Notes under the pieces: model-generated
The model's input: the letters and a program-made list of their open reading frames with translations, nothing else
What the model was told of the DNA's origin: nothing
Databases searched by the model: none
Part shown: piece after piece, positions 26,988 to 42,580 of the stretch
Layout of the letters: the number at the start of each line of letters is the position of its first letter
How positions within the stretch are numbered: the first letter of the stretch is position 1
Assembly: GCA_009914755.4 (NCBI GenBank)
Contig: CP086569.2
Span: 16,800,001-16,864,000, forward strand
Direction: 5' to 3'
Length of the DNA: 64,000 bases
Source of the DNA: the human T2T-CHM13v2.0 reference genome, Homo sapiens
Position numbers and translations under genes: made by a program

Positions 26988-29764
26988 GGCTAAATTTAAA
27001 ATATGGTTCAGTTAGACTCTCTTTTGCACCACAAGTAAACTAGATAGTTTGTTAGCCTTTCTCACTAAGTAAATAACACATTCACGTGCTTGACACAATG
27101 CAAAAATCCTGGAAGTTATTCATGTATCAACGTTAAATCCCCCAAAACACCCCAGACACACTCAAATGCCCACATGCTGTCACTTCACCCAAGCTGCTAT
27201 TATGTCTTAAAGGGAGTTCCTAGTGGTCATAGCAGGGCTGTTTTCAAGCAGCTCCAGCAGTTATCAGCATTCAACTGTTAGGAATCCCCTGCTTCACTGG
27301 GCTTACCATAGAATGTAGGATGTAAACTAAGCTCCACTTTGAAGTCTATGAGGACTGTGTGACTGCCTTCTTTCCTACTTTTCACCCTAAGTCTAACCAT
27401 GTCTCCTTCACTGTGATCCTGCAACACCAACCTTCTCTCTCTCTTTCCTGAAACCATAAAGCTAATGCATACCTCAGGGCCTCTGATTCTTCCAGCCACT
27501 GGCTAGCTATCACAGCCCTCAGATCCTCCTGGGATGCCGTCTCCTTACCACTGAGTTTCAGGTACCATCTTCAATGACTGACTGACCTAAATTTTCCTTT
27601 GGAAATTTTTCTTTGTCTCTCCTTACCTGGGTTTATTTTCTTTAACTACATTCAGCTTATCTAAAAGAGGCTTGATCACATACTTTTCTGTTCATCTCTT
27701 GCTAGATAACTCCACATTCAGTAAAATATAAGATCTGTGAAAGTATAGACGTCCTCTGTTTTCTCATCATTGTGTCCTATTACCTAGAGGATGCTTGGAG
27801 CTTGGGTAGGGACATGCAGTGAATAATTGTTGAAATAATTATTTGCTTTCCCCTAGACTCCATTTAATTGTCATTGTGCCCATTTGTATGCATAAAGCAT
27901 TTATCTAAATACACATTCAAAACATGGTATCACTCTTGTAAGTCAGTTGAATGTGTATTGAGACATCGCCTACGAAATGTAAATAAATGCTGTTTGATTC
28001 TTCAGGGTTTCCTCACGCAAGAGCTAAAGGAAAACATCTCCCCTGAAGTTTTGCTGAATAATAAGCTCTCAAAAGGCAGATTAATTGCAAAAAAATGTAT
28101 ACAAATTTTATTAACATGTATGTGGGTTCATTCAGAATGAAAACCCAATGACACAGTGAAACCGTATTTTTTTTGCTTAGGTTCAATGAAGTATGGAGAG
28201 TTGTATAGAAATAGGATTGGATAAAAAGGGTCTGATCTTATGCTGATGATCTGATGGGGGAAACCTAGCCAGGTCTATCTGTCTAGATTCTTCTTGGGAT
28301 CTCTGAGGAGCTCTCTCTTTCTTTTAGGTGTGGGGGCAGGACCCTCTCTGGAACAAGGGTCTTAGGACCTACAGTCAGGCAAGGTACATCAGGTCATTTC
28401 TTCATGGCCAATTTTTACACCAAAAGGTGGGTGTGAGTAGACTCATTTATTTAGGCTTTATGGCTGGCTGTGGGGAAAAGGGATTCTGGTTTCCAGAGCA
28501 TGCCTTGAGGAAGAGGGATTAAGGTTTCAATGGCACCTCAGGAGAGAATGGAACTGAGAGACAGGAGGGCAGGAGAAAAACTTTTGCTTTTGCAGCTGTT
28601 GCTGAGGTCTGCGTGTAGGGGTATTGTTTGCTGATCCCTAGACACTCATTAAGTGGCTAGTCTGTTCATGTGAACCATTCTCATGTTGTAGCCTAAATCA
28701 TGGTGGAGCTACAGTAATTAATAAGTCACTCAACCTAAGTTGCAATCATCATTTTCCCCCTCTAAGTTAAACTGAGTTTCAAGATTTGCTTTTTAGAAAT
28801 GGTGCATAGAATTTCATTAAAACAGAACTATTTTACCAGTAGGGTGTTATTTGAACTTCCATCATTAGAATTGATACTAGATAATTGCATCACACTGACA
28901 TCCAAGTGTTCAAAAAGGTAAAAGACATAGGATTGTACTCCTTGAGTGTGCAGTTACTGGGGACATACATTTGCATAAGCTATTACAGAGATTCCTTTGT
29001 GGTGGAAATTAACTTGCAATTTTTTTCAATGACTATTTCATCTGCTAAGGTGTCAAATCTCTTTTTATTCTCTGCATGCTACAAGTAAGTAGAGCAGGCC
29101 TGGTGTGATTCCTTCACTTATGGTGGGCAGTTAGCAGCCTGTCCAGTTTCACATACCCAATAAAAAGCGTCAGCCTGGAGGTGGATCAATAACTAATTTA
29201 ACCTCACACCTAATTCTTTTAATGATGTATCAATCACAGCCCCTTAAAACACCTGTATCAGATGAAAATCTACAGCTGCAGATTGAATTTAATTAATTTA
29301 TGCAGCATTCATTTTACCTTAATGAACACCCCTCTACGTGGCCTGAATGCTTACGAGTATACATAAATTGCAGTTCCAATTTTCTCTGTCCATGAAAAGT
29401 AAAGACAAGCAAAACAAAGTAAAAAATAATTATCCAACTGTTAATGATAGGTGATGTTTTCTTTTAATCATGGGATGGAGGTGGGAAAAGAAAAGCAGGA
29501 AGAAAACTTCAAAAAAACACCTGAATAGATGTAATCACCTGTGTTAATCAATGTGTGAGACATTTTAAATATTTTACCAGATGTGGTCTTCGAGAAAAGT
29601 CTGTGAAGAGGGAAATAGATTCTTACATAGGGAAAGTGGTTTCTACCCAAGATGACTTGGTTTGGAATGGATCACTTTTTCTTTCCATTATGCTGTAATG
29701 CTACCCTTTGAAGCTGATGGCTGGCCTGATTAAACCCACCAAATGTCACCTGTGTTGCTTACTT

Positions 29765-30795
<1,031 letters not shown>

Positions 30796-31053
30796 TAAAA
30801 ATCCCTAAGTTATAGCATGTTTACTGTAGGGAGCAAACGTCTTTTACTTTAGTGCATTGGCGTTTACTCTGTGGGGTCAATGTTATCCTTTTTGAGGAGA
30901 GAGAGGATCAAGAAAAATAACTAATGGGTACTCATCTTAGGAACTGGGTGATAAAGTAATCTATATAACACACCTCCATGACAAATGATTACCTATGTCA
31001 TGAACCTGCACATTTACCCTTGAACTTAAAATAACTTAAAAAAAAAAATATGT

Positions 31054-31458
<405 letters not shown>

Positions 31459-32289
31459 TTACAACCTCATAGTATAGAATTGCATCAGGGAATTAAAATA
31501 AATGAACTAGAATCCGTATGTATTAACATGAAAATAAATAGTGAAATGTCTTGTCAGGGAAAAAAGAATCCTTGAATGAAAAAAAAAAGTCTGTAAAAAG
31601 GTTGGAGACATTATGGTTTTGTTAATGGCATGTTTTAGCTTTAAGGGCATCCATTGACTATCTGCCATGAAAGATGAAACACTTTCTAGTGATGTCTTCC
31701 TCGCACCTACACTCTCTCCAGCTCACCAGTTTTGTTGGTTATATTGTCATTTTGAAAAAGCAAAATCTGTAACAGTTAAATCCAGTTTCCAAAATTCTTT
31801 CAATAATTTTATCTTAGAACTAAATTGGGATGGATATGTTTCACACCAGCACTCATGAGATCAAGCCTTCTGAATTTTAGAATAATTTTCCTATAATCTG
31901 TTTGAATGGATTTCAAGAGTAAGTAGTAGCTCTTCTTCAAGAAGAAACCCTGGTTGCTGTCACATGTCTTCATACTTCAAGGACAGTTGTGAAGAATATA
32001 TTGTATCAAACTTTACAGCCATTGTTCCATTCTATTCTGACATAGAACTTCTAGGCCAACCTTCTTTTTCTCCATGTTCTTCTGGACTTCCTTTTCTTCC
32101 TTAATGCCCTCATCTTTATTTTTAACATTTTGTAATATCCTTAAGCCATGGTCTAATGAGAAATTTATTGTGTAGCCGTTTTTCTGAAAACCAACTTGGA
32201 ACCACTAGAGTGAAGTCCTGATTTATTCTTAAAAATGCCACTTCTGTGACATCTTTAATTTTTTCTTCTCTTCTCATCTTCATGATGTC

Positions 32290-32880
32290 CAACAGTCATC
32301 TGGAAAAAAGTTCAACATCACTGATTATTAGAGAAATGCAAATCAAAACCACCATAAGATACAATGTGACACTAGTCAGAATAGCCATTATTAAATGTCA
32401 AAAAATAACAAGGTTACTGGCAAGGTTGCAGAGAAAAAGGAACACTTACACACGTTAGGAGTGTAAATTAATTCAGCCATGTGGAAATCAATATGGTGAT
32501 TCCTGAAAGAGCTAAAAACAGAACTACTATTTGACCGAGAAATCCAATTACTGGGTATATACTCAAATAAATATAAATCCTACTATAAAGATACATGTAT
32601 CTGCATGTTCATTGCAGCACTATTCACAAGGGCAAATGCATGGAATCCACCTAAATGCCTATCAATGTGGACTGGATAAAGAAAACATGGTACACCATGG
32701 AATACTTTGCAGCCATAAATAGGAAAGAGATCATGGCCTTTGCAGGAACAAGAATGGAGGAGGAAGCCATTATCTAGTAAACTAATGCAGCAATAGAAAG
32801 TTGCATGTTCTCACTTGTAAGTGGTGGCTAAATGATAAAAACATGGAATATATAAAGGGGAACTGTTGGGATTCCCTCAG
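32290..32880 (+). mobile_element. Diverged old L1 ORF2 C-terminal and 3' fragment, sense
   Basis: ttattagagaaatgcaaatcaaaaccaccataagatacaatgtgacactagtcagaatagccattattaaa translates to the conserved L1 ORF2 motif [19 protein letters not shown]. It continues with gcagcactattcacaagggcaaatgcatggaatccacctaaatgcctatcaatg...atggtacaccatggaatactttgcagccataa. Confidence 0.75.
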
Positions 32881-33942
32881 GATAGTGGCAGAAATATTAA
32901 AAGGAAATACTAGGGAAAGTTATACGGAATAGTCACAAACCTTTTTGAAAGGCCGAAAGATTACATAGCTTGTAATAATTGAACAGGCTGAAGGTGGCCA
33001 GTTCTTACCTTAGAGCTTAGGTCATAAAATAAATACTAGGGACAATAGAGGCTTCCTCAATTAAGTCTGTTTACCCTGCCTCCATTAACTAAGCTTTGAG
33101 CCACATGGCCCTCTTGCAGGGAGGTCCACCAGGGACATCGCCCCTTAATGGTATTTACTTTAGACCATGGAACCAGAGCTTTAATCATTCCTAGAACTAC
33201 TCTCTTAACTGTGTTAATTATCTACAAATGTGTTTATTCAAAGCTTCTGTTGTTAATTCTATACTAAATAAATTCCTGGAGTGCAAGCTGCTCAGGGCCA
33301 CAGCTGCCATTATTTACAGAACTGTCCTTGGAGTGTGTGAGTGGCCTCGGATCCTCAGCTGGACTGGCAATGCAGAATATCTGTGTGTCAGTGTACTTTA
33401 TTCATCCATTGCAGGGTCAGAGGTCTGTGAAGCACAGACTCCCCACAGCTAGTGCCCTACAGCAAAAGGAGAGCTGCCTCAGGCAACAACACTTTGGGGC
33501 ATGTTGGAGGGTACAGGGTGGGGGGAGGGAGAGAATGAGGAAAAAAAAAAACTAATGGGTACTAGGCTTAGTAGCTGGGTGATGAAATAATCTGTACAAC
33601 AAACCCCATGACAAAAGTTTCCCGATATGAGGCACCCTCACATCTACCCCGAGACTAAAATAAAATTTTTTAAAAAGGGAATGTCAATTATGCAAACATT
33701 GAATCCTGCTTGTCTTTCATTGCTATCTAATCCAATGTAAAACATGCTTATCTTTCCTTGTGTCACTTGGAGTGATTTCCTAAAACCTATCCACTGTGTT
33801 TCTGGCAGTATTTCAGTCTTTAAAATTGTATTTTATTGTAGTCCAAATAACCATTGTCAACCTTTTTCTTCTTGTTTTTTCTGTCTTATGAGCTCTCCCA
33901 ACTTAATTTAAATCAAGTGATCTGTGATTTCTGCTGTTTTGT

Positions 33943-33979
<37 letters not shown>

Positions 33980-34431
33980 TAAAGGCATGTACTTATTTCA
34001 ACTCATGTTGAAAGCACAATCATGTGTTGAAAATGTGTTGTAGAATATGAAGAATGATACTGGAAGAGTTTTCTGAAATCAATATTTGCTTATGTGAACA
34101 TTATTTTTCTCTCTCTTTTTGTTGTTTGTTTGTTTGCTTTTTGTTTTGTTTTGGTTTTGTTTTTTTTTGGCATGTTTCTCTTTCCACACTCCCCACCTGC
34201 CTTCCTTGCAGTTTTTAAGCTAGAGTTTTCTGGTGGGTATTTTGACTTTTACTTCTCTTAGAACAGACCACTGGCAATCCACAAAGACTAAAATTGAAGG
34301 GATCTGTTCTATAGCTGTCATTTTAGTTTGCTACTTTAAACTCCTTCTTGTCAAATCCGTTATTGTTTGTCCTGGGTTCCTTTTTCTTGGATTGGATAGT
34401 TTAGATAGTTGGTATAGATGATTGCAAAATC

Positions 34432-34783
34432 CCTATATCAGTACGTTGCTGATAAAGACATACCCGAGACTAGGTAATTTGTAAAGAAAAAGATGATAAA
34501 TGGACTTACAGTTCTACATTGTTTGGGAGGCCTCACAATCATGGCAGAAGGTGAAAGACATTTTACATTGCTGTGGCAAGTGAGACTGAGAGCCAAGTGA
34601 AAGGGGTTTCACCTTAAAAAGCCAAAAGATCTCATGAGACTTATTCACTTCCATGAAATCATTGTGGGGAAAACCATCCTCACGATTCAATTATTTCCCA
34701 CCAGGTCCCTCCCACAACCCATGGGAATTATGGGAGCTGCAAGTCAGGATGAGATTTGGGTAGGGACACAACCAAACCATATC
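34432..34783 (-). mobile_element. THE1/MST-type MaLR solo LTR, antisense, copy 4 of 5
   Basis: gctgataaagacatacccgagactaggtaatttgtaaagaaaaagatgataaatggacttacagttctacattgtttgggaggcctcacaatcatggcagaaggtgaaag...gacttattcacttccatgaaatcattgtggggaaaaccatcctcacgattcaattatttcccaccaggtccctcccacaacccatgggaattatgggagctgcaagtcaggatgagatttgggtagggacacaaccaaaccatatca. Confidence 0.85.
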
Positions 34784-34877
34784 ATCCATTAACCCATTGT
34801 TTCTCTGTGGTTGTATTTATAATTTTGTGATGACTTCCTCTCAAACTTAACTTGCTTCACCTCAGGCAGTCTTGTAG

Positions 34878-35259
<382 letters not shown>

Positions 35260-35412
35260 TGGGGGTGACAGTTTTTTTTTAAAAACTCAGATGTTTTATC
35301 AAAAAGCTTATCCACCAAGATCAAGTGGGCTTCATCCCTGGGATGCAAGGCTGGTTAAATATACACAAATCAATAAATCCAGCATATAAACAGAACCAAA
35401 GACAAAAACCAC

Positions 35413-36102
35413 ATGATTATCTCAATAGATGCAGAAAAGGCCTTTGACAAAATTCAACAACCCTTCATGCTAAAAACTCTCAATAAATTAGGCATTGATG
35501 GGATGTATCTCAAAATAATAAGAGCTATCTATGGCAAACCCACAGCCAATATCATACTGAATAGGCAAAAACTGGAAGCATTCCTTTTGAAAACTGGCAC
35601 AAGACAGGGATGCCCTCTCTTACCACTCCTATTCAACATAGTGTTGGAAGTCCTGGCCAGGTCAATTAGGAAGAAGAAGGAAATAAAGGGTATTCAATTA
35701 GAAAAAGAGGAAGCCAAATTGTCCCTGTTTGTAGATAACATGATTGTATATCTCAAAAACCCCATTGTCTCAGCCCAAAATCTGCTTAAGCTGATAAACA
35801 ACTTCAGCAAAGTCTCAGGATACAAAATCAATGTACAAAAATCACAAGCATTCTTATACACCAATAACAGACAAACAGAGAGCCAAATCATGACTGAACT
35901 CCCATTCACATTTGCTTCAAAGGGAATAAAATACCTAGAAATCCAACTTACAAAGGACATGAAGGATCTCTTCAAGGAGAACTACAAACCACTGCTCAGT
36001 GAAATAAAAAAAGGATACAAAGAAATGGAAGAACATTCCATGCTCATGGGTAGGAAGAATCAATATCGTGAAAATGGCCATACTACCCAACGTAATTTAT
36101 AG
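35413..36102 (+). pseudogene. L1 ORF2 reverse-transcriptase domain remnant (229 aa), inactivated
   Basis: The translation [57 protein letters not shown]...[25 protein letters not shown] matches the L1 RT. The catalytic FADD box reads FVDN here, and the ORF is truncated by stop codons. Confidence 0.9.
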
Positions 36103-36349
36103 ATTCAATGCCATCCCCGTCAAGCTACCAATGACTTTCTTCACAGAATTGGAAAAAACTTTAAAGTTCATATGGAACTGAAAAGGAGTCCGCATCACCA
36201 AGTCAATCCTAAGCCAAAAGAACAAAGCTGGAGGCATCACACTACATGACTTCAAACTATACTACAAGGCTATAGTAACCAAAACAGCATGGTACTGGTA
36301 TAAAAACAGAGATATAGATCAATGGAACAGAATAGAGCCATCAGAAATA

Positions 36350-37360
36350 ATGCTGTGTATCTACAACTATCTGATCTTTGACAAACCTGAGAAAAACAAG
36401 CAGTGGGGAAAAGATTACCTATTTAATAAATGGTGCTGGGAAAACTGGCTGGCCATATGTAGAAAGCTGAAACTGGATCCCTTCCTTACACCTTATACAA
36501 AAATCAATTCAAGATGGATTAAAGACTCAAACATTAGACCTAAAACCATAAAAACCCTAGAAGAAAACCTAGGCATTACCCTTCAGTACATAGGCATGGG
36601 CAAGGACTTCATGTCTAAAACAACAAAAACAATGGCAACAAAAGCCAAAATTGACAAATGGGATCTAATTAAACTAAAGAGCTTCTGCACAGTAAAAGAA
36701 ACTACCATCAGAGTGAACACACAACCTACAAAATGGGAGAAAATTTTTGCAACCTACTCATCTGACAAAGGGCTAGTATCCAGAATCTACAATGAACTCA
36801 AACAAATTTACAAGAAAAAAACAAACAACCCCATCAAAAAGTGGGCGAAGGACATGAACAGACACTTCTCAAAAGAAGACATTTATGCAGCAAAAAAATT
36901 CATGAGAAAATGCTCACCATCACTGGCCATCAGAGAAATGCAAATCAAAACCACAATGAGATACCATCTCACACCAGTTAGAATGGCAATCATTAAAAAC
37001 TCAGGAAACAACAGGTGCTGGAGAGGATGTGGAGAAATAGGAACACTTTTACACTGTTGGTGGGACTGTAAACTAGTTCAACCATTGTGGAAGTCAGTGT
37101 GGCTATTCCTCAGGGATCTAGAACTGGAAATACCATTTGACCCAGCCATCCCATTACTGGGTATATACACAAAGGACTATAAATCATGCTGCTGTAAAGA
37201 CACATGCACACGTATGTTTATTGCGGCACTATTCACAATAGCAAAGACTTGGAACCAACCCAAATGTCCAACAATGATAGACTGGATTAAGAAAATGTGG
37301 CACATGTACACCATGGAATACTATGCAGCCATAAAAAATGATGAGTTCATGTCTTTGTAG
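36350..37360 (+). pseudogene. L1 ORF2 C-terminal remnant (336 aa), fragment
   Basis: The translation contains ...[129 protein letters not shown]..., which is the L1 ORF2 C-terminus. Confidence 0.9.
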
Positions 37361-37683
37361 GGACATGGATGAAACTGGAAATCATCATTCTCAGTAAACT
37401 ATCGCAAGAACAAAAAAACAAACACCGCATCTTCTCACTCATAGGTGGGAATTGAACAATGAGAACACCTGGGCACAGGAAGGGGAACATCACACACCGG
37501 GGACTATTGTGGGGTGGGGGGAGGGGGGAGGGATAGCATTAGGAGATACACCTAATGTTAAATGATGAGTTAATGGGTGCAGCACACCAGCATGGCACTA
37601 GTATACATATGTAACTAACCTGCACATTGTGCACATGTACCCTAAAACTTAAAGTATAATAATAAAAAAAAAAGTGACATGAA

Positions 37684-37709
37684 CACACACACACACACAC
37701 ACACACACA
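37684..37709. repeat. (CA)n microsatellite immediately 3' of the L1 poly-A
   Basis: acacacacacacacacacacacacaa. Confidence 0.9.
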
Positions 37710-39951
37710 AATAAAATAAAGGGTCAGCCAAGGACTGGAAAAAAAATTGAGATGTTTTTTCTCGTTTTTGTTCTCACCGATATGATTTTATTCGGAACTT
37801 CCCATAAGCACCTCTCTAGAAAGATGAGGCAGAGGGGAGTTTACAGTCAGCTTTCAACATTCAAAACAGGATTCTGAAGCAAGCGATATCATCTTGATAC
37901 ACAGGATTTGTTGAGAAAAGGGATTTACACTCATCCATTTGTATTTATATTTAATTACTGGGTATTACTCTCAAATCTCAAACACTTTTTTTCTGAGAAC
38001 TATTTATTCTGATGGAACACAGGCTATCATTATCTACCCTTTCTTGAGTAGACTTCACAATTAGCCAGAAAGTGTCTTGGTAAGTGGCCTGAACTTGTCA
38101 TCATTTCTTGCTTTCATTGAAGATGAAGTTTTCTTCCACTTATTTGATTGAGAAAGAGATTGAAGTTAAAAATGGCTTTACAACATTTAACAGAAATACT
38201 GGATAGTTTTAATTTAAGTTATCCATCTTAGAAGAAATTTCTGTAAAAGCTTGACTTTTTGCATGTAGGGATCATCTTAAAGTCTTTCAATCATTTATTC
38301 AAGGAATATTCTCAAGTTCCAGCTCTAAGACTGTGATTAAGCTAAGTCCTGAATATGTATCAATGAATAAATGAACATAGCCACCCACATGTTAGAAAGA
38401 GAATAATCCCTAAGATAAACAAAAATAGAGCAAAGAATATGGGTCTATGTGCTAAGTAGGAGAGGATGGTGTCTGGGGAGGGGTTGCTGTGGAAGATTTG
38501 TGAACAAGATGTCTTTTCAGTAAATTTATTCAATCTTACTTTGAATGGCATTTCCCACTCATAATGTCCCTATTTCTAGCAGAATTAGATTTGTAAGCAA
38601 ATTTCCCATTGTAGGCATAAAATGTATTTCTTCATTTGAACCAGGATTGAGTTCTTCTTGAAACAGAATAAGCCAATCTCTATTTGAAGAGTGAACACCA
38701 GCTTCATTCAGTGCCCTTCTCTCTTCTCTCCATTTCAGACTAATTTTCAAGTTACTGTCCTCTCTCGTTTTAGATCTGATGTATGTCACTACTTTGGAAT
38801 TATTTCTTTACATAGTTGGTTCTACTGAATGGAATTCCTGATTTATGGGCAATTCTTTATAATGGGCATTATATCATTTTATTGAAGCCCTGGTGTTCAG
38901 TTTGGGAGAAGGAGCGAGTCACCTTCCAGACATTTTTTTCCCCAATTTAAGGTCTTAGAAATTGACATGATTAGTCAAAAATAAGTAATTAAAATTGAGT
39001 TGAGTTACTTAATAATCATGTAAGCACCAATGTTTTCTGTTAGAAAATTAAGTAATTAAGGTGACTATTGATTATTATGGATGATAATATAAATTCATAT
39101 TTCCAAAAGGATGAGCTCTCATTTTTTCATCTATATGTTTAATCACTTAAACTGAATCTTGTCTACTGATAAATGATGCTTAGATAGTACATAATAAACA
39201 TATTGCATTGTTGGGCAAATTGAATAAATGTTGAGTTTGAATTATTAAATTGAAAGAAAGCATACTAACTAAAGAAAATGACCACTCTCTCAATTCCTCA
39301 GGCATCTCTAAGAATACGGAGAAAATAAAATAGGGTGTGGTTATTAGGGCCGAATTATTATTGGACCGGGCATAGATTCAGGAAAAGAAAACTGTGCAAT
39401 TTAAAGCTATCATAACTCCACAATTTGAAATTTACCCTAAAGAAATCATCAGATTTACCAAAAGATTTATGACTGAAAATGTTTATTACAATTTTATTGC
39501 ATGGTTCTCCAGGCTGTATAGAAAGCATGGTGCTGAGATCTGCTCAACTTCTGGGTAGACTTCATGAAACTTACAATCGTGGCAGAAGATGCAGGGGAAG
39601 CAGCCCCATATTACATGACTAGAGCATAAGAGAAGAGCCAGGGAGATGCCACACATTTTTAAACAACCAGATCTCACAATAATTCACCATCACAAGGACA
39701 GTACCAATGGGAAAATCCACTCCCATGATCCAATTGCTTTCCACCAGGTCACAACTCCAACATTGGACTTTACAGTTCAACATGAGATTTGGATGGCAAC
39801 ACAGATCCAAACCATATCAGAGGCTGAGAGAGATGAAAAGCTTTCTGTTATTTTGAGCAGATGAGTAAAATAACTTGATAGATATACTTCCCTAGGATCA
39901 CAGCTAAAGTCCTCTGTTGCACCTGTAGTGCCTTCAGAACAAAGTTCACAC

Positions 39952-40107
39952 TTTTTTTTTTTTTTTTTTGAGGTCTCCTCTCTCACCAGGCTGGAGTGCA
40001 GTGACATGATCTCGGCTGACTGTGACATCTGCCTCCTAGGTTTAAGCAATCATCCTGACTCAGTCTCCCAAGTAGCAGGGACAATAAGTGCAGGCCACCA
40101 TGCCGGA
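39952..40107 (-). mobile_element. Alu right-monomer fragment (FRAM-like), antisense, with a poly-T tail
   Basis: ttttttttttttttttttgaggtctcctctctcaccaggctggagtgcagtgacatgatctcggctgactgtgacatctgcctcctaggtttaagcaatcatcctgactcagtctcccaagtagcagggacaataagtgcaggccaccatgcc. Confidence 0.75.
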
Positions 40108-41331
40108 TTCCATTCTTCTTAATATAGTTACCTGATACATTCATCTGTCAGAGCCACCCAGTATATGTTCCAGCCTTTTTCGTACTATTCCTAATAACCT
40201 AAGTGCACCATGTAGTTTACTTCACCGTGTCTCTGTGCATCCTGTTTTGTCTGACTCAAAAGTCATTTCTTCCACTCTTTAAATAGTCAACTCTGACCTG
40301 TGCATTTAAACAACCAATTTAGGGTTGCATTTCCTATCCTGGCACTACTTGGATTTTATGTTAGCATCTCTTGCTCCAGATTGGGCGCACCCAGAGGACC
40401 AAGACTCTTCTCAGAGGAGCTTGTGAGAATTGATGAATTTAAAGAAAAAAGATATAGAGAAGAAAGTCCATACACATTAGAAAAAAATGCCAAACAGAGT
40501 AAACAACGGGTAAAAGGGCAAATCATTACAAAATGACAAAAAGGGTGACTTCAGAGCAAAGCCCTTTCTTAGCATAGCAAGTAGGACAGACATTTATATT
40601 TGATAACATTATTCCACTCTCTTGCTATCCCACAGCCACCTGGTTCAAGATGCAGATATCATGAAATGGGGCTATATCATTTAGTAGGAAAGAAGACTGT
40701 GTAACATAAGATTACCAGGTTTCTCAGAGATGTTTTGCTGAACTATTTTTTTAAGGATGTGGAGGGAGCTTTGAATATTTTATTATATATCTTGTCTCTA
40801 CTGGAAACAGTCCTTGTTCTCAGTTTACTGGGATGCACTATGCCTTCTCTTTGGAAAACAGTCTTAGATTCTAATACAAGAGAGCTTGGGACATTGCCAG
40901 AGGTGAAAGGCTGGGCTAAATTTCTGTATCCAAGGCTCTAGGCCTAAATGAGAAGCTGTCTCCTGTGCTGCACAGTCTAGTTCAACAGAAATGAAGACTG
41001 TAATTAGGGAGCATTGGAGGAATAAGCCAGTGTATTGGGCAGGGCCTTATATTATGGTGCACTGTTTTTTTTTAGTATGATTCACAGGCAATTCCTATAC
41101 ACAGGCTCCCACTTACAGATTATGGAGATCAGTTAACACATATATCCAGAGATGATCCAACAAGATGATGGAGTATTCTAGAAGGATCTTGGTGTACACA
41201 CTGATTTTCTTCTATTAAGAAAACACTACAAAATAGGGCTGAATTAAAATGAGTTGTAACAGCAAGTGAAATCACCTTGAAAGATTGTCTAAAATGTTGC
41301 ATGATTTATTTACAAAAAGACTTTTTTTTCA

Positions 41332-41900
41332 ACTTTTATTTTAGATGCAGGGGGTACAAATTCAGGATCATTGCCTGGGTGTATCATGTGATGCTGAAGT
41401 TTGAGGTATGGTTGTTGCTGTCACCCAGGTACTGAACATAGTACCCGATAGTTAGTTTTTCAACCCTTGCCTCCGTTATCCCTATCTCTTCTAGTAACCC
41501 AAGTATCTATTGTTCCAATGTGTAGGTACATCTATTCTCAATGTTTAGCTCTCACTTAGAAATGAGAACATGTGGTATTTGGGTTTTCACTTATCTTAAG
41601 TGAATTAACACAGGAAGAAAAACCCAGGTATTTGGGTTCAAGAAATTCTCAGGTATTTATTTTTTTCATTCTGTGTAATTCACTTCGGATAGTAGTTTCC
41701 AGCTGCATCCATGTTGCTGCAAAAGACATGAGTTTATTATTTTTCACATCTGTGTATTATTCCTTGGGGTATATGCACATTTTCTTATCCAGTCCACTGT
41801 TGATGGGCACTTTGGTTCATTCCACTATTTTGCTATTGTAAATAGTGCTATGATAAGTATAGAAGTTTAGGTGTATTTTGGTACAAGAATTTATGTCTCT
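41332..41900 (-). mobile_element. Old L1 (L1PB/L1MA-like) 3'-end fragment, antisense
   Basis: cttttattttagatgcagggggtacaaattcaggatcattg...gtcacccaggtactgaacatagtacccgatagttagtttttcaaccc...caatgtttagctctcacttagaaatgagaacatgtggtatttgg...ccagctgcatccatgttgctgcaaaagacatgagtttattatttttcacatctgtgtattattccttggggtatatgcacattttcttatccagtccactgttgatgggcactttggttc. Confidence 0.85.
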
Positions 41901-41919
41901 ATGTAAAAATTTTTTATTT

Positions 41920-42580
41920 AGTGAACTTATTTTTTAAAGAAGTTTTAGTTTCGCAGTAAATTCAGGTGAAAGTACAGGCAATTCACATGTAGCCTCTGTC
42001 TCCAACAACAAAACATCTCTTTGAGAGCATACAACCTCCACCACACCCTTCTAAAATGTAAGCAGTCATGATTTTCAGTTATTATTTTGGATTAACTATG
42101 CCACTGTCATTTTCTGGGAGCCTCCTTTCCTTGTTTGGCTCAATATTTTTATTATATTTTATTTGTAAAAGCAATTTTAGGGTCACAGCAAAATTAAGCA
42201 AAAGGTACAGAATTTCCATGTGCCTCTGACCCCACACATGCACAGCCTCCCCCACTCTCAACGTGGCATTTCACAGTGGTGCATTTGTGAAAACTGATGA
42301 ACTTACACATCGTTGTCCCTGAAGTCCATAATTCACATTACGGTTCACTCTTGGTGATGTTCATTCTAGAGGTTTGAACAAATGTATAATGACATGCATC
42401 CATCATTATATTAGGTGGGTGCAAAAGTAATTATGGGTTTTGTTAATACTTTGGTACAATAATTTTGCACCAACCTAATAGGATCACACAGTATAGTTTC
42501 CTTGCCTTAAAAATCCTCTATGCTCCACCTATTAAATCATCACTTATTATCTGAATTTTTACTCTAGCCATCCTTGTGGG
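41920..42580 (+). mobile_element. Ancient L1M (L1MB/MC-like) 3'-end fragment, sense, interrupted by the MADE1 MITE
   Basis: agttttagtttcgcagtaaattcaggtgaaagtacag...aaaattaagcaaaaggtacagaatttccatgtgcctctgaccccacacatgcacagcctcccccactctcaac...ttcacattacggttcactcttggtgatgttcattctagaggtttgaacaaatgtataatgacatgcatccatcattata resembles the L1M 3'UTR consensus. The 3' boundary is uncertain. Confidence 0.55.
42411..42478. mobile_element. MADE1 (Hsmar1-derived mariner MITE), about 68 bp, shortened relative to the 80-bp consensus
   Basis: ttaggtgggtgcaaaagtaatt...aattttgcaccaacctaa has palindromic termini matching the MADE1 consensus TTAGGTTGGTGCAAAAGTAATTGCGG...CCGCAATTACTTTTGCACCAACCTAA. Confidence 0.8.

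Larger units (their letters stand above)
35291..37673 (+). mobile_element. L1PA-type 5'-truncated copy, sense: about 2.4 kb covering the ORF2 RT domain through the 3'UTR and poly-A
   Basis: There is continuous colinearity with L1 ORF2, from atcaaaaagcttatccaccaagatcaagtgggcttcatccctgggatgcaaggctgg to the 3'UTR terminus ctaacctgcacattgtgcacatgtaccctaaaacttaaagtataataataaaaaaaaaa. The ORFs 35413-36102 and 36350-37360 are ORF2 fragments. Confidence 0.93.

Noticed and set aside
35413-37360. The two longest ORFs in the window (229 aa and 336 aa) as candidate protein-coding genes
   Set aside because: Both are fragments of L1 ORF2 (RT domain and C-terminus) inside a 5'-truncated L1PA copy. They are interrupted by stops, and the RT active site is mutated.
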